A stretch of DNA of 64,000 nt from positions 5,068,303 through 5,132,302 of the forward strand of contig CM082582.2 of the NCBI GenBank assembly GCA_040954595.2, read 5' to 3'. This document shows, in pieces, positions 30,701 through 43,400 of this stretch. This stretch comes from Balanoglossus misakiensis. Taxonomy: Eukaryota > Animalia > Hemichordata. Position 1 is the first letter of the stretch. Each line of letters starts with the position of its first letter. The notes under the pieces were generated by a model. That model was not told where the DNA came from. It saw only the letters and a program-made list of their open reading frames with translations, and ran no database searches. The translations under genes and the position numbers were made by a program.

Positions 30701-33078
30701 CAAATAAGTTACTGTACCACTAAATGAAGGAATCCATACAAATTGTTTAATTAATAAAGTCCTGTAATGTACGCTGATCGTTTTGCATCGTTCATCCAAT
30801 CATCTTGAATTGTTACATAAAAGAACATAGTGTGCATGTGTATTGGAGAAAAACCCGGGAGAAAAACTGATCACTGATCAGGTTACAATTTCAATGAAGC
30901 CAGCTCAGGGATATCAGAGAAATATTTTATTTTATTTTCTTTATAAGTAGTTTTTTTTTAAGTGTTTACAAGCAGATTCAAAACAGCATATGATTTGCAA
31001 TTTCAGAGAGATTGATACATGTAACACGGATATTGATTTCTAAAACTAAAACAAACTGTGGTGCACTTGTAAATCATCATCTTACATCATTGTACAATAG
31101 CTGGAAGGAATCAGGTCAGATGTGTATGAAACATGCCAACAGAATGACAGATAGATGGACAGAAACAAAATTTGTGACGTTCTGACTCCTGACTTTATTG
31201 TAGACTTCAATGACTGGTGACTAATGACATTCAGGCAACCTGCTTTTTGAAATTGTACTGCCTCTGTGTAGGTGTATGAGATTTCCAAAGGCTTCACTGA
31301 GACCTTGATGACTTGACCTTCACTCGGCCCGCAAAAATGTGAGGAATGTAGAAAGGTGTGCGGTGAGGTCTCACAACTTTTATTGCAAGCCCACAATGTT
31401 TGTTTCAGAGTGAATGTTCCTTTAAATTACCTGGTACTTGAAAATTACTAAGAGTGTTGAAGTCTGATTACGGTAGTGCTATTCAATAAACGTCTGTTAC
31501 CTGAGCATTTTCCTCTGTGAGGCCTGCGTGACCTGCCTATCATACAGCAAGCATATTTAACCCTTTCACCCCCAGTTTCCACTTTAGAGGTCCAACTTTA
31601 CCATAGGAAACAATGGGTTTGGACTGAACCATGGTGTTGAAAGGGTTAAAAGAGGCAGCCAACATTTTTATTTTAGTTTGAGACTACATGAAACAAGGCT
31701 TTGGGAAATCTTAAACTCACCTGCAGCTTCTGTTAAGTTGGCTCGCAATGATTTGATTGTTTCCTTTGCTTTGCGAAGTTCAAACTCGAGTACTGCAACT
31801 CTTTCATCGGTCTGACCAGCACCATCGTCAGAGTATCTCGCAAAGTCCAAGGAGTCAAATGTTTGTTCACTCGATGTCCGATCTGAAAATAAGAGAATTG
31901 ACGAGAGAGAAAACAATCAGACTGAGAAGAAATTTAACTTAACACAAACAACATGCTATACTGAAAATATCTCAAATTTAACTTAGTAGTAAATGAAGAA
32001 CGTTACACTTGGAATTCTCACAAGGTAGTGGGATTGTTCTGTGTGCATGTAGGTCTCACCATTTGAATTCATCAAAACAGTGTACAGGAGTGCCGTGATT
32101 TTATTGAATAGCAAGTCATAAATACTACTGTAGACAGTAGTACTATCAAAACAGTATGTCAAGGGCCTGTGTGGTCACCTATGGATATTTAGCCACCGCA
32201 GTTACCATGGACAGTGTTGAATTTAGACAAGAACTCGTCTTTTGGGGGAAGGGGGGGGGACTCTCAGCCTATTGGAACACGTTTTGAACTGGGTGGAAGT
32301 TCTGACAGTGGTGCCTTTTAGTTGGGCCAATGTGCAAAACAATTAAAATACATAGTGAGTTATTAATTATGGCAATAATTGATTTTACAATTTATGATCA
32401 CATAAAGAATAATATTCTCCAGAAAAGGATGGTCTGCAATGAATGAAGTGTCAATGGTTGTATGCGTCAATGCAGAGATGGCATCTTCATGATCTTGTTC
32501 AGGGGAATCTACAAACATGTTAATTACGACATAGGCTTAAACAAATACGAAGACGTTGCGAGGCCTCCTTTGCATTTGAGCACCACGCCCCTCCCCACAC
32601 ACTCCATTCCACTACGTTATGTTTTCACCTGCCATAGACTGACAGGGCACAACACCTGAATCACGGATGCGGAACCATAGATTCTATTCATCCACACACC
32701 CTGGTCAGGACATGCGCCTCTGTTTATAGCAGTCTTAAAATCTTACACTTTAAACAATAATTTCCACTTACGCAGTTGCGGAGACGAGTCTTTTTCCTGC
32801 CTCTCAAAATTACCGGGATTGGAAAAATAGTCTCTCAGCCGGGGCAATTCTCGCCCACTCTCCACAAGCTCAGTGTGTAATTCGAGGGCCGTCAAAACAA
32901 AGTGATCTTTCAGAAGTTTGGCGGCAGCTTGATCCAAAGAAACATATTCGTCATGCTCTTCAGTTGTCTCGTTAACTTTGTCTTGAGTGTCCTCGGGGAT
33001 AATATCTGCTATTTCTGTAATACTGTCCTCGATCGGCTCTATGTCTGACAAAAACGGATTGTTGTAGTCATCCGCCAT
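15703..33078 (-). CDS. RELCH: RAB11-binding, LisH, coiled-coil and HEAT-repeat protein (KIAA1468), complete, 24 coding exons, about 1186 aa
   Basis: Exons 5'->3': 32772-33078, 31721-31882, 30605-30666, 27135-27248, 26669-26869, 26180-26268, 25622-25999, 25063-25237, 24684-24796, 24316-24478, 23639-23779, 23232-23396, 22610-22772, 21997-22153, 21360-21483, 21038-21086, 18979-19171, 18367-18549, 18075-18138, 17794-17932, 17529-17645, 16916-17004, 16193-16260, 15703-15847 (TAA); total 3561 nt in frame. Diagnostic peptides: LTALELHTEL.ESGRELPRLRDYFSNPGNFE, DSLDFARYSDDG, LisH NFLVNEYLL.NNYKLTSITFSDE, LPHIVPNVLLAKREELIPLILCT, ELLPQCWEQI, C-terminal FARKK. Confidence 0.96.
17005..17528 (-). other. 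U12-type (minor spliceosome) GT-AG intron in RELCH (intron 21)
   Basis: Minus-strand 5' splice site GTATCCTTT, branch site TCCTTAAC (17016-17023) close to the TAG acceptor, no polypyrimidine tract; splicing restores SALSCC|FISDDL as in the human protein. Confidence 0.92.
18871..18952. repeat. Imperfect (GAT)n microsatellite in RELCH intron 17
   Basis: Direct reading. Confidence 0.95.
19449..20992. repeat. Family B dispersed repeat, copy 1 (interrupted by a 1079-bp insertion)
   Basis: 19449-19841 plus 20924-20992 are nearly identical to 29082-29533. Confidence 0.9.
19842..20920. mobile_element. Non-autonomous PIF/Harbinger-type DNA transposon, nested in family B copy 1
   Basis: About 43-bp TIRs GGGACTGTCCAGAATTTACTTCCAGGG.GGGGCTGGAGGATTT, 3-bp TAA target duplication (19839-19841 and 20921-20923), subterminal TGGCCCCCC repeats, no transposase ORF; empty site CTGGTAACTCAC seen in copy 2. 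Confidence 0.9.
22383..22475. mobile_element. Family A MITE
   Basis: TTAA-CCCTTTCA...TGAAAGGG-TTAA, 85-bp core. Confidence 0.85.
23053..23145. mobile_element. Family A MITE
   Basis: TTAA-CCCTTTCACC...GGTGAAAGGG-TTAA, 85-bp core. Confidence 0.85.
24031..24189. mobile_element. Degenerate Tc1/pogo-like MITE
   Basis: ACAGTTCAACACCTGTCTA ... TAGACATGTTTCACTGTA ends with internal AGGACA repeats. Confidence 0.6.
25491..25583. mobile_element. Family A MITE (opposite orientation to 22383, 23053 and 31557)
   Basis: TTAA-CCCTTTCACCACCATGG...GGAACTGGGGATGAAAGGG-TTAA. Confidence 0.85.
29082..29533. repeat. Family B dispersed repeat, copy 2 (uninterrupted)
   Basis: Module 1 bounded by ACCTCATGCTAA / TTAGCATGAGGT; module 2 a long hairpin AACACCTAT.GCCTGGCC ... 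GGCCAGGCAATAGGTGTT. Confidence 0.9.
31557..31649. mobile_element. Family A MITE
   Basis: TTAA-CCCTTTCA...TGAAAGGG-TTAA, 85-bp core. Confidence 0.85.
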
Positions 33079-33399
33079 ATTGGATCCTACTTGGTCACGT
33101 GGGTAATGATTCCCTTGTACCAATTTGTCAGAAGGTAATTTTGAAATTTAAACAGTTTTATATTTCAATAAAATAGCTGTACCCAAAGCTCATTCATTTC
33201 ACCGTTTTCTCTAGATTAGTTGCAATGATTTACTTTATATATATTTCATAAACCGTGTACATTTCCTTTAAAACATCAAATGTGTATGTTGGCCACTGAG
33301 GGCGCTGTGATGCGGCCATTTTGAAAGTTACATTTCAGCTGTGTTGCCCTGCTCAATATCCTGAAATTGCGAACAAATTTCTATTTGTCGTTCGTTAAG
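33079..33399. promoter_or_regulatory. Bidirectional promoter RELCH/PIGN including the putative non-coding exon 1 of PIGN
   Basis: RELCH ATG at 33078 in a TISU/YY1-like context (CAATATGGCGG), E-box GTCACGTG 33094-33101, YY1 motif GCGGCCATTTT at about 33312-33322, plus-strand donor AAG|GTAGGA at 33400; CpG-richer than the flanking gene bodies. Confidence 0.7.
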
Positions 33400-34494
33400 G
33401 TAGGAATTTATTTCTTTTTATTATCTAGCCCCATTTCTATGTGTAAATTTAACCCCCGCAACTTTTTAGTGATAGTACTGGGTAAAAAGTGAATTAGTAC
33501 GCGAACAATGACCAGACGGCCTTGCGAAAGTAGGCAGACGACAAAAATAGTTGACCTGAGCTGGTCACTTCCGCATTTGTGAATGGAAGTGTCCTAGGCT
33601 TACGTCGTCTCCCCGGATCGGTTTTACCTCACGGTGAAGGTATATACAAATGTGGCGATTGTATTTTTGCATGTCAGGCTTAGCATTCTCCGAGAAGTTT
33701 CTTTGGATCGAGAAGTCGTTCTGGTAACCAGGTACATGTACACTTGTGATCATGGAGTTATCCACAGACACTCAGTGTACATGTAGTTGCATGGTTACCA
33801 GTTGTCCATGTCGAGTAATACTAATAACTTGTCACGAACTACAACAGGATGTTAATTTTCAAGTTTGCTTGTTCAAGCCTAGCTTGTTCAAGTGGAAGTT
33901 CGAGCATGCAATTTTAGTATAGCACATCGGAGATTTATACAGAGTCTGAGAGTACCCTTGACATTGTCATTGTTTACAAATGCATTCAAGTCCGGACTTG
34001 AATACAACTTTCAAACAATAACATTGTCAATTGTGTACACATGGGCTATGTTGTGTGGAGTGATTTAACAATGTCTCAGGGAGCCAAACAAAAACTATGG
34101 TTGATACACATAATAAAAATAGTGAACATTGGTCTGAATAATTTCAAGAAAGATCAGATGAATGACAAGTGGAATTAATCATTTCTTGTTCCCTAGTTTG
34201 TATATTTTAAAGTTCTTCCTCTAATTGAAACTATGGCAGATCAGTTGCTTTTTTCTTACAATGCTTTTATTGACCCATTACGTCATTGAAATACGAGTGT
34301 AAAACTTCAAGTAATTAATTTTTATCACAGAGTTGAATATAATTTTCTAATTTTCGTGTTTTGGAAAATGATATGTGTCAGTAATAATTTTTGGTCTGCA
34401 GGTTATGACTTTTTAGCAATAAAACTGAGGTAAATAGTATACTCATTGGACTCTAATGTTTGGTCACACTCTCTTGTTTTATTTTACAGAGAAC

Positions 34495-37400
34495 ATGAAT
34501 TGGCAGTTGATTATAGCAGGTTTCCTGGTTCATCTGGTGTTTTTCTATTCCATATTTGATATCTATTTTACATCTCCACTGGTTCATGGCATGCCAACCC
34601 ACACGACACCACTTCCCCCGCCAGCCAAGAGATTGGTTCTCTTTGTTGCGGATGGCCTGAGAGCAGAAACTTTGTTTGAGCTTGATGAACAAGAAGATTC
34701 ACGATCACCTTATCTCAGGTAGGTATTTGCCAAGCTTTGCGTGCAATTAACTTCTTGGCTTTTATCCTGTAAATTTGAAAACAAGATACTTATCCATTGC
34801 ACAGTGTGCTGTGAGGACTTTCGAATTTTAAATAGTTGTTTTTTAAATAAAAAAATTCAATAGTAATTTGGCTTTTTCCAGACCAGAATATGACATATTA
34901 GTTAAAACTTTCAACTTTTCCTGCTGTAGAAATATCATGTTGAATAAAGGCACATGGGGAGTGTCTCATACCAGAGTACCAACAGAATCAAGACCAGGTC
35001 ATGTTGCTCTGATTGCCGGCTTCTATGAAGATGTCAGTGCAGTTGCTAAAGGTAAGTTCTGTATCAGAAGTTGTATTTAATTCAATTTCAGATAATTAAA
35101 GAATAGTGTCTAGAAAGAGAGTGTGAACTCATTTCATTTTCTTGTCAAGTTAGATCCCTCAAAGCATCTGACAGACGTAAAATTATATTTATTACTGCAT
35201 ACCGTACATGTAATAATGTGGTAGAATATACATGTACTCAATGATAGTATGTATGAGACATTTTAATTGGCTGCTGTGGCGCTGCAGCACCCTTTTTGTA
35301 AATATTTAAAGTACTTAACTTGTGAAATTGTTTTTCTCCTATGCATCCCATGGTTTTCAAGCTGGCGTTAATAATATCTTAAGTCTGTGATGTTATCATT
35401 TTTGTTCTTCAGGATGGAAAGAAAACCCAGTTGAATTTGATTCCGTCTTCAATCAAAGTAGATATACCTGGTCGTGGGGTAGTCCTGATATTCTTCCAAT
35501 GTTTGCCAAAGGTAAGGCAAAGTGCACATAACACATGGTGGTAGTGGAGGGTCATAGACGCAGGGATCTTGACAAGTCTCATAATTCAACTGTTTATTGT
35601 TGAAGATAATATTGAAGCAGTCGTGAAGTAAGGGTTTAGATCAAGGTTCTTTGAAAGTGTTAAATTCAAATGACAAGTCAATAGTGATTGGACCAAAAGT
35701 CAAGTGGGCATTTTGACCAATGATCTGCTATTATCTTCATCACACTATTCACAACCACTTTTGTCTTCAACCAGGTGCAACAGGTGATCACGTTTTCATT
35801 CACACTTACCCAGCAGAAAGTGAAGATTTTGCTGGTTCTGACTTAACCAAACTGGACACGTGGGTTTTTAATGAATTTTATGTAAGTATTCTTTGACTGT
35901 TCAAGTTCTTTGTTGTGTTTTCCCCCATTTTCAAACTAGTTTTCATGTAATCAATTAGATGAATGCTCAAGATGTTTTCCTATAGTGACTCATCCATTGC
36001 TACTGGGTGATTTGGAAATAGCTTAATCAATACTATATTGAGCAAATTAACTGATATGAACAGACTAAGAAATGAACAGATGTATGAGTACCAACCAGGA
36101 CTTGAACCTTTGATCAACCGCTGAGCATAGGGGTCAGTACTCAAAATGAGTGGTTCTCCTAACCAAGTCATTCCAATTCATAGTGTACACAGTGGTGAAG
36201 TTGAATTTTGAAAGTCATTTTAATAAATATTCATCTTTACCTGTACTTGCAGACATTTCTGAGAGAGGCCGTTCACAATAAAACCTTGAAACAACAGCTG
36301 AGTTCAAACAAAGTTGTATTTTTCATGCATTTGCTTGGAATTGATACGAATGGCCATGCATACAAACCACACTCCAAAGAATACACAGAGAATGTCAAGG
36401 TCGTTGACAAAGGTGTTGAGGAGACTATCCAACTCATGGACGAGTTCTTTGATCATGATGGCCAAACGGCCTATGTGTATACGTCAGATCATGGCATGAC
36501 AGACTGGGGTAAGTTTTTCCGTAATACTTATAATTTGCCAGTGGAGTGGTAATGAATTCAGGCACCATTTTACTGTAATAACACACTGCAAAGTCATTAC
36601 ATTGAATCAAAATAGTCAGGAAATTTCGTGATCCACCAGGGCTCGTACAGATGAGTTTCCAAGAATATGGTCTATGGTGACATGACAATTTAAAGGCCAG
36701 AACTGGCCCTGTCATCATTACTATACTTTCAGTTGTCCTTTCTAATCCAAATTTGCCCTTTAACTCTATGCAGCAATAGAAATGTGTTGCTACACAATTG
36801 TGACATTCTTTCATAATGCCAGATTTCTATTCATTTTGACATTTGTTTAGATTAGGTTTATAGAAAATAACATTAAAAATACAGTGAGTGGTAACATTAA
36901 TCTTAACTGCGAGGGGAGTGTAAGAAATGTGCTGACTCAGCACTTTGCTCCATAATTTACTAGGCCCACTGAAAAGATGGATGAGAACACTCTGTTTTCT
37001 GTTTATTTTGTTTTTAAAATTTATTGGTGTAGTAAAATTCAGGCAAGTGACATTGTCTTATATTTTGAGAAGTCCTTCCTTGAAGGCTGGTTCTACTGTA
37101 CATGTATGCAAAGTTTTTTAACAAGAGTTTTTGAAGTTTTTGATACAATAATCAATCACTCTGCTATTACCGGTAGTCCTATTCAATCACTCTGCTATTA
37201 CCGGTAGTCCTATTCTTGTTGTATTTCATATTCTTACAGGATCCCATGGTGCTGGCCACCCACATGAAACCCTTACACCATTGCTAGCTTGGGGTGCTGG
37301 TGTCAACAAAGCACAAGAAGGGACACCAGATGACCATGAAGATGGTTTCCAAATGAGTAATTTGTTTTACATCTTAGTTTATCACACTGGTTTATATGAT

Positions 37401-40400
37401 CCCCTGTCTGAGACAATTACCCTATCAATAATGAAATGTTTCCAAAAGACTGCAGAGAGAATAGGTAGAAAGTGTACATTTCAAGAAACTGACAGTTGTC
37501 AGTTTCTTGAAATGTACACGGAGTCAGATAGAACAAAATAGATAAGATCTGAACAGATCCAATCAAATTAGATCAGATTATATAAACTTGACTAGACAGC
37601 AAAAGCATAATTTTCTTACAATACTTAATTTTAATATAAATGCTTCATGATATTGTAGATTCATAACATTTCCCAAAGAAAAATTCGAATCTTGGCATTC
37701 CAGGCAAATGACTGTCATTTCATTTGTAGCATGTGTACTATCCAGATGCTGAATAATATTTTCTACGTTTTTTTCCCCATCTAAATCAGAGTGGCATTTA
37801 TCACATGTGAAGAGATGTGATGTAAATCAGGCAGATATAGCTCCTCTGATGGCCTCGTTGATTGGTTTATCATTTCCACTAAACTCTGTTGGAATCTTAC
37901 CATTGGACTACCTCAACAACAGTGATCTTTACAAGGCTGAGAGCTTGCTGACAAATGCTCTGCAGTTAGTCTCACAATATGAGGTAAGTCCCTGAAAATG
38001 TCATCTTGAATGGTTATATTATGTATATGGCAAGTGGGGGTATTTGGTTGAGGATATAAGGCCGCCTAAGGAAAATTAGCATATTTGGTGGGAAATAATC
38101 AGCAAGAATTGTGATTATTTACTCCAAATATTCCCCCAGAGAGGTCTTAATCTAGGCACAACTAAATACCTGAACACACCTTTTATAACCATATTATAAT
38201 ATAACATAGTATAAGTATTTCAAATGCATCATCGGTACATTACTACACATTACAGCTGCAGGTTTAAGAAACTGCATCAATAATGTACAGCAGTACATAT
38301 ACGCTCAAGAACATGACTCTTTATTTTGTCAACATTTATGCAGCACATTGGCTGTTTGAAGTGCACCATAGAATAGCCAGAATTCTTTTTATTGTAGTTG
38401 AAGACTTTTGAGTTAAGTTTTTAATCCAGGTTAATTAAAAATGCAACTAATAAATGTGTTGGTTCTCTCCACAGGTGAAAGAATCTCACATGAAAGAGAC
38501 AACACTTTCAGTGTTCTTCACTCCCTTCAAACCTCTCTTGCCAAGTGCAAAGGTTGATGTCATCAGAAAAATCAAAAGTCTCATAAAGGAGCAGGATTAT
38601 CATAGCGCTGTAAGTAAATTAGGACATTGCCAAACATTTTGAACATGAACTTATCCAATCTGTTTAGGTGCAAGCCATTCAAATCCAACATTCAATAAAA
38701 TATAATAAATACTTATGCATGTACATAATACAATCCGTATTGAATGCTAATTCCGAGGACTGTTCTTGGATTTTTTTTAATCTGTTGTAGATAATAGTAA
38801 CCAAGCAGTTAATGGACCATGCTCTTGAAGGTCTCAACTACTACCAAACATATGACAGGTTTTTTCTCGGGTAAGTTTTTCGCCGCATTGTCTTAGTTAT
38901 TTGGATGAAATTTTGTCACACATGTACTACCTTAATGCATCATGCACTGAAGACCATGAACTATATTAATACATGTACTGTATCAGTCCTTAAGTAAAGT
39001 TTGCCCATCACAAAGGCAGCAAATCAATTAGTTTGTCTTACAGTCAGCTTTAGATGGATGATAATCAACATACCTGCCAGTCACTTATTTGTCAGTGAAT
39101 AAATGGAAAATACTTCAGAGAGCAAATTAATTAAGGCACCTGTCAATCATCATAGCTATATGACTTTGCATAATCAATTTTACAGAGAGTCTATACGACT
39201 TTTCCTATTGCCTAATCATCTCTGGTCATATATACTGTCAATCTTTATGTTATGAAGAAACTGGCACAGTATTAGTCAGTCTAATATAATATATCACGAG
39301 ACTCAGTAATTAAAGAGTGCAGTGGCATTTACAAAAAAACACCATGTAACAGGATGTGAAAGTTCACTCTCTATGTCGTTTTTGATAAATTGATGTTTTA
39401 ATTTTGCTATTGTTCTTTTGCTTACTTTGCAGAACCAGCATTGTTCTGGGTTACTTTGGATGGATAGCTTACATTCTTCAGATGTTGCTTGCAAGTCACA
39501 CTAATCTTACTCACCAAAGATTGAAAAGTGACAGAGTTGATACCACTGAATATGGCAATAAATGGAACATAAACGTCATCTTCATGATCATTGGAGGACT
39601 TGTCTTTGTTCTTCTGACATTACAAAGGTCGCCAGCCATGTACTATGTCTACTGCCTCATCCCTGTCTTACTGTGGAATCATTCTTTAAAACAGTGAGTG
39701 TTTTACTTCTGATATTTCTTTTCCTTCATTGTTAGTTGTCATATAGGAAACATGCATGTAGTTTAGTATGGAGGGCTCCTGTAGGTCAGAGCATGGTTCA
39801 GTTTTATGCAGTTAAAGGGCCTAGTACAGTGTCATTTTTAAAGGGGCACACAATTCTCGCTACCTTAAGCAGGTTTTGCTACCTAGGTGAGTGATAAAAA
39901 TCTCTTGTGGTTGACATAATTTCGAAAGGATGGATATCTGCCAACCTTTTTTAGTGTAAGGTCAACCTTGTAGCAGGAAAAATAATAAAATGGGACAAAA
40001 TTGAACAAGTTTTATGTGCATATTCAAAAGACTGGGCTTTTAGACAGACAGAAGACATGAAATTTATACAGGGTAAGATATCTCTTTAAAATCTTACTAC
40101 AGTGGGTTACATTTCTTTATTCCTGTTCCAAGTAAATTTATGTGAATAACAGTAGAAATTATGTGTGCAATTTTTCATTGGCTATGCATGCAAAATATGC
40201 CATGGAGAAAAATCAAGTAGGTCACTTCCTTTCTCTACTTACTAGGTTTCATACCATGCGTAGATCGGAGTGTAAGAAAGCCACTATGAACAATGTAGTG
40301 TGCGTCATAATAGTCTGGCAAAAATACTCAAATATTCAAAGTGGGCTAAAAATACCATGACACGTTACTTGGTGAATGAAGTGTTTCGTGAACCTAGGCT

Positions 40401-43400
40401 TCACTGAAAAACGTTTGATGTCACCGTACTTGTAGGGTTTCATTGAGCAATTATGATCTAGAGCTGTGTGAACATATAGCAAACTGGGTTTACTTATGTG
40501 GGATTACAGCCTGAAAAGTGCAATGCTTTGAGGGATGGGATCACTCATTTTCCATTATGGACACATCCAATGATCTGTTGACCAGTTTCAATATTGTTTA
40601 GAAGGTCATAAAATGTCAGATGATTTCTTAATTCAAAATGCTAATTCTGAAAGAGGAAGCTCCAGGAGGTATTTGAAAGACCACTACATTGTATCTGTAA
40701 CTTCAAGCTAGTGTATTGTGTATCAAACACATTTTCTTGTTCCCGTCCCTATAGTAACCCACCACAGCCAGCTCTCTGTTTGTCAACAAGTCATGTGAAC
40801 TGACCATTGTTATTGTTTACAAAAAGTATGCATTCAAGTCTGGTTGATGCACCTAATAGAAATGTCTTGGAAGGGAGTGTGTGAAATTTATGATTAAAAT
40901 ATGTTGCCATGAACCGCAAAAGCTACCTTAGTAACAGCTTCCAAAAGTAATACTGATTTTCCCCCCACATTTTAATGTAAAAGTAACTGTGATATTGTTG
41001 TGACCAGGAAATGTATATTTTCTAATGGTGTTGTTTTATTGATTTTAATTTCAGATGTCATGTGATCGCTGATGTCTTCAGTTACATCTTAAGGAACGGG
41101 TGGTTCTTGAAGCTTATATTATACACCTGCATCATGGCACTTGCTGTTGAGATTCTGGTCCTCAGCTTCTTCTACAGAGAATTGTTGTCTGTTGGTTTGC
41201 TGGGAATTGGTTTATTCCCTCTGATGACATCCTTAAGGCAGTCAGACAAGGTGAGAGGTTATGTACTGATAGAGGTAATATCTATAAATAACAGTGCCTC
41301 ATTTAATCTTCCAGGTGTGATATCTTCATGTTTCTTTTTGACTGCGGTTTATACAAGTCTGTAAGAGTAGTTACCCTGTTTGAGAAAAATCTTCACAGTA
41401 CACCCAGAATTCGATTATTTTCATTCCAATGACAAGGTGGAATTTCTGATGATTAAAGCACCGACCCAGTTGGCAAATTTTATCATTGATGTTTCAAGAT
41501 CATTGATGAAAGTGTCTGAATGACCAGTATTGGAGTATCATCAAATAATTCTAATCTAAATTTCGATTGGAACTATTGACATATTCACATTTGTTGAAAA
41601 GTCTGATGAAATGGTATTTTATTCATCAGGAACAAGGCACTATCTTTATCTGGTAATGTTCATTTTCAGATGACTGTATTTTACTGGTTGGTGGCTTGCA
41701 TAGTGGTTGCCGTCTTCCCAATGATGCCAGTGGTTGGAAGAGAATCAAATATCATTCTTGTGTGAGTATCGTATACTGGTTAGAATAGTGGTAATTTCCT
41801 CTCCCAGCTGTGACAATTTCTGTATTTATTTATTTTTTTACACTTGCTTTCGAAGCAAAGCATCAAAAGTATCAATCCTTAGTATTGGCGACAGACATAG
41901 AGCTCGCATAGAGTATGAGCTGTTTAGTTGTTGTCATAGTGCAATCATGTATGAATGTCAAGTGTGTCATTGTAACCTTGGAAGTGTTCTGTACCTTAAA
42001 GTTCTATACCAATCTGCTACTTTTCAACCAAACAATAAAATGCATTGTTTTCATGCAGCCTTGCCTTGACATGTGTGGTGGGGACGGCAGATTACAAAAT
42101 CATCTTTGTTTATCAGTAATGATTTTGTAAAACTGCTGGTACCTTCATATTTATATGTGGCACTAGACTGCAGTGACTGTGTACCTGATGTATACATCAG
42201 GTCAGCTCATCAGATTCATCTATGTATCCATGACCTGAATGTTAGTCCCACAGATCTCACTTATTTTGCTTAATATGAATTTGTGCAAATTGTCTTTTTC
42301 AGTGGAGGGAAAGTATAGATTTTTATCCATTGCATTTTTGCAGCACAGTACCTGAATTATAATTCTACTCAAAATTCAGCTAAACTAGTTGAAAACTAAG
42401 GAAAGATGAGGGTTTTAAAAGTTCTTGAAATAGGAGCCATAGAAAAAAATAGCTACCAACACATGCGTGAAATCTTACAGTATCACCTTCATGGTGAATT
42501 AACTTGAAGATGTGCAATTGGTTAGATATTGTGGTCATTATCATTACCTCAGAATATGTTTCCCATCTTCGCTTTCCAAGATCATTGCTCTCCAAAAATC
42601 ATCATTAGGGAGCTGTAGTCAAGCCAATGACCCATGCAAGTGGACAATTCTAGTTTCCTGGAATCATAGTAACAAAAAAACTTAGCTTTAACTCAAACTG
42701 TAAGAATTGCTGTCCTTTATTCTTCCGGACTCTTTCCAATTGATTTAGTGTCATTATTCTATCTGATCGATCGTACATTGACCCATACTTGAAGACCATT
42801 TTCACACTTTCACACTGGGTGCTATTAGGAGAGCAGTAGCACTTACTGAGACACATTTTGACACTCAGATCACACAAGGGAAAATCAAGAGTGGCTGACA
42901 AGTGTGTGACGTTCACAACAGTAGAGAACCAAGACAAATTATGTGGTTCTGATATTAAAATATGCTTTTCAAAAATAGCGGTGGTAGGTTTGGACAGGTT
43001 TCACTTTGTAGATTTTATTTATCCCTGTTGCATAACAGTTGTTTTGAGCAAAACACTTGGACCTTTTAATGTACATGTATTTGCAGGGCTGTAGGATGAA
43101 AGGATGTAAATCTATATATGTACAGGCAAGAATGATTATCAAATGCTTTATATATCAGCCCTACGCCCACTTTTGGTGACTCTTAGCAAAACAAAACAAA
43201 ACAAAACACCATATTGCTCCACTTTATGTATGTGTGCAGAGAGAGAGAGTGAGAGATTTGAAATCAGGTTCCATAGTTTTCTTTGACAAACTGTGAGAAC
43301 AATCAATTGTCAGCCAAATGAACTATTATTTCAGTATATTAGTATATTAATTTCTCTTGATAAAGCAGTTGTATTTCCTATCGCATTTCACCCATAGCGG

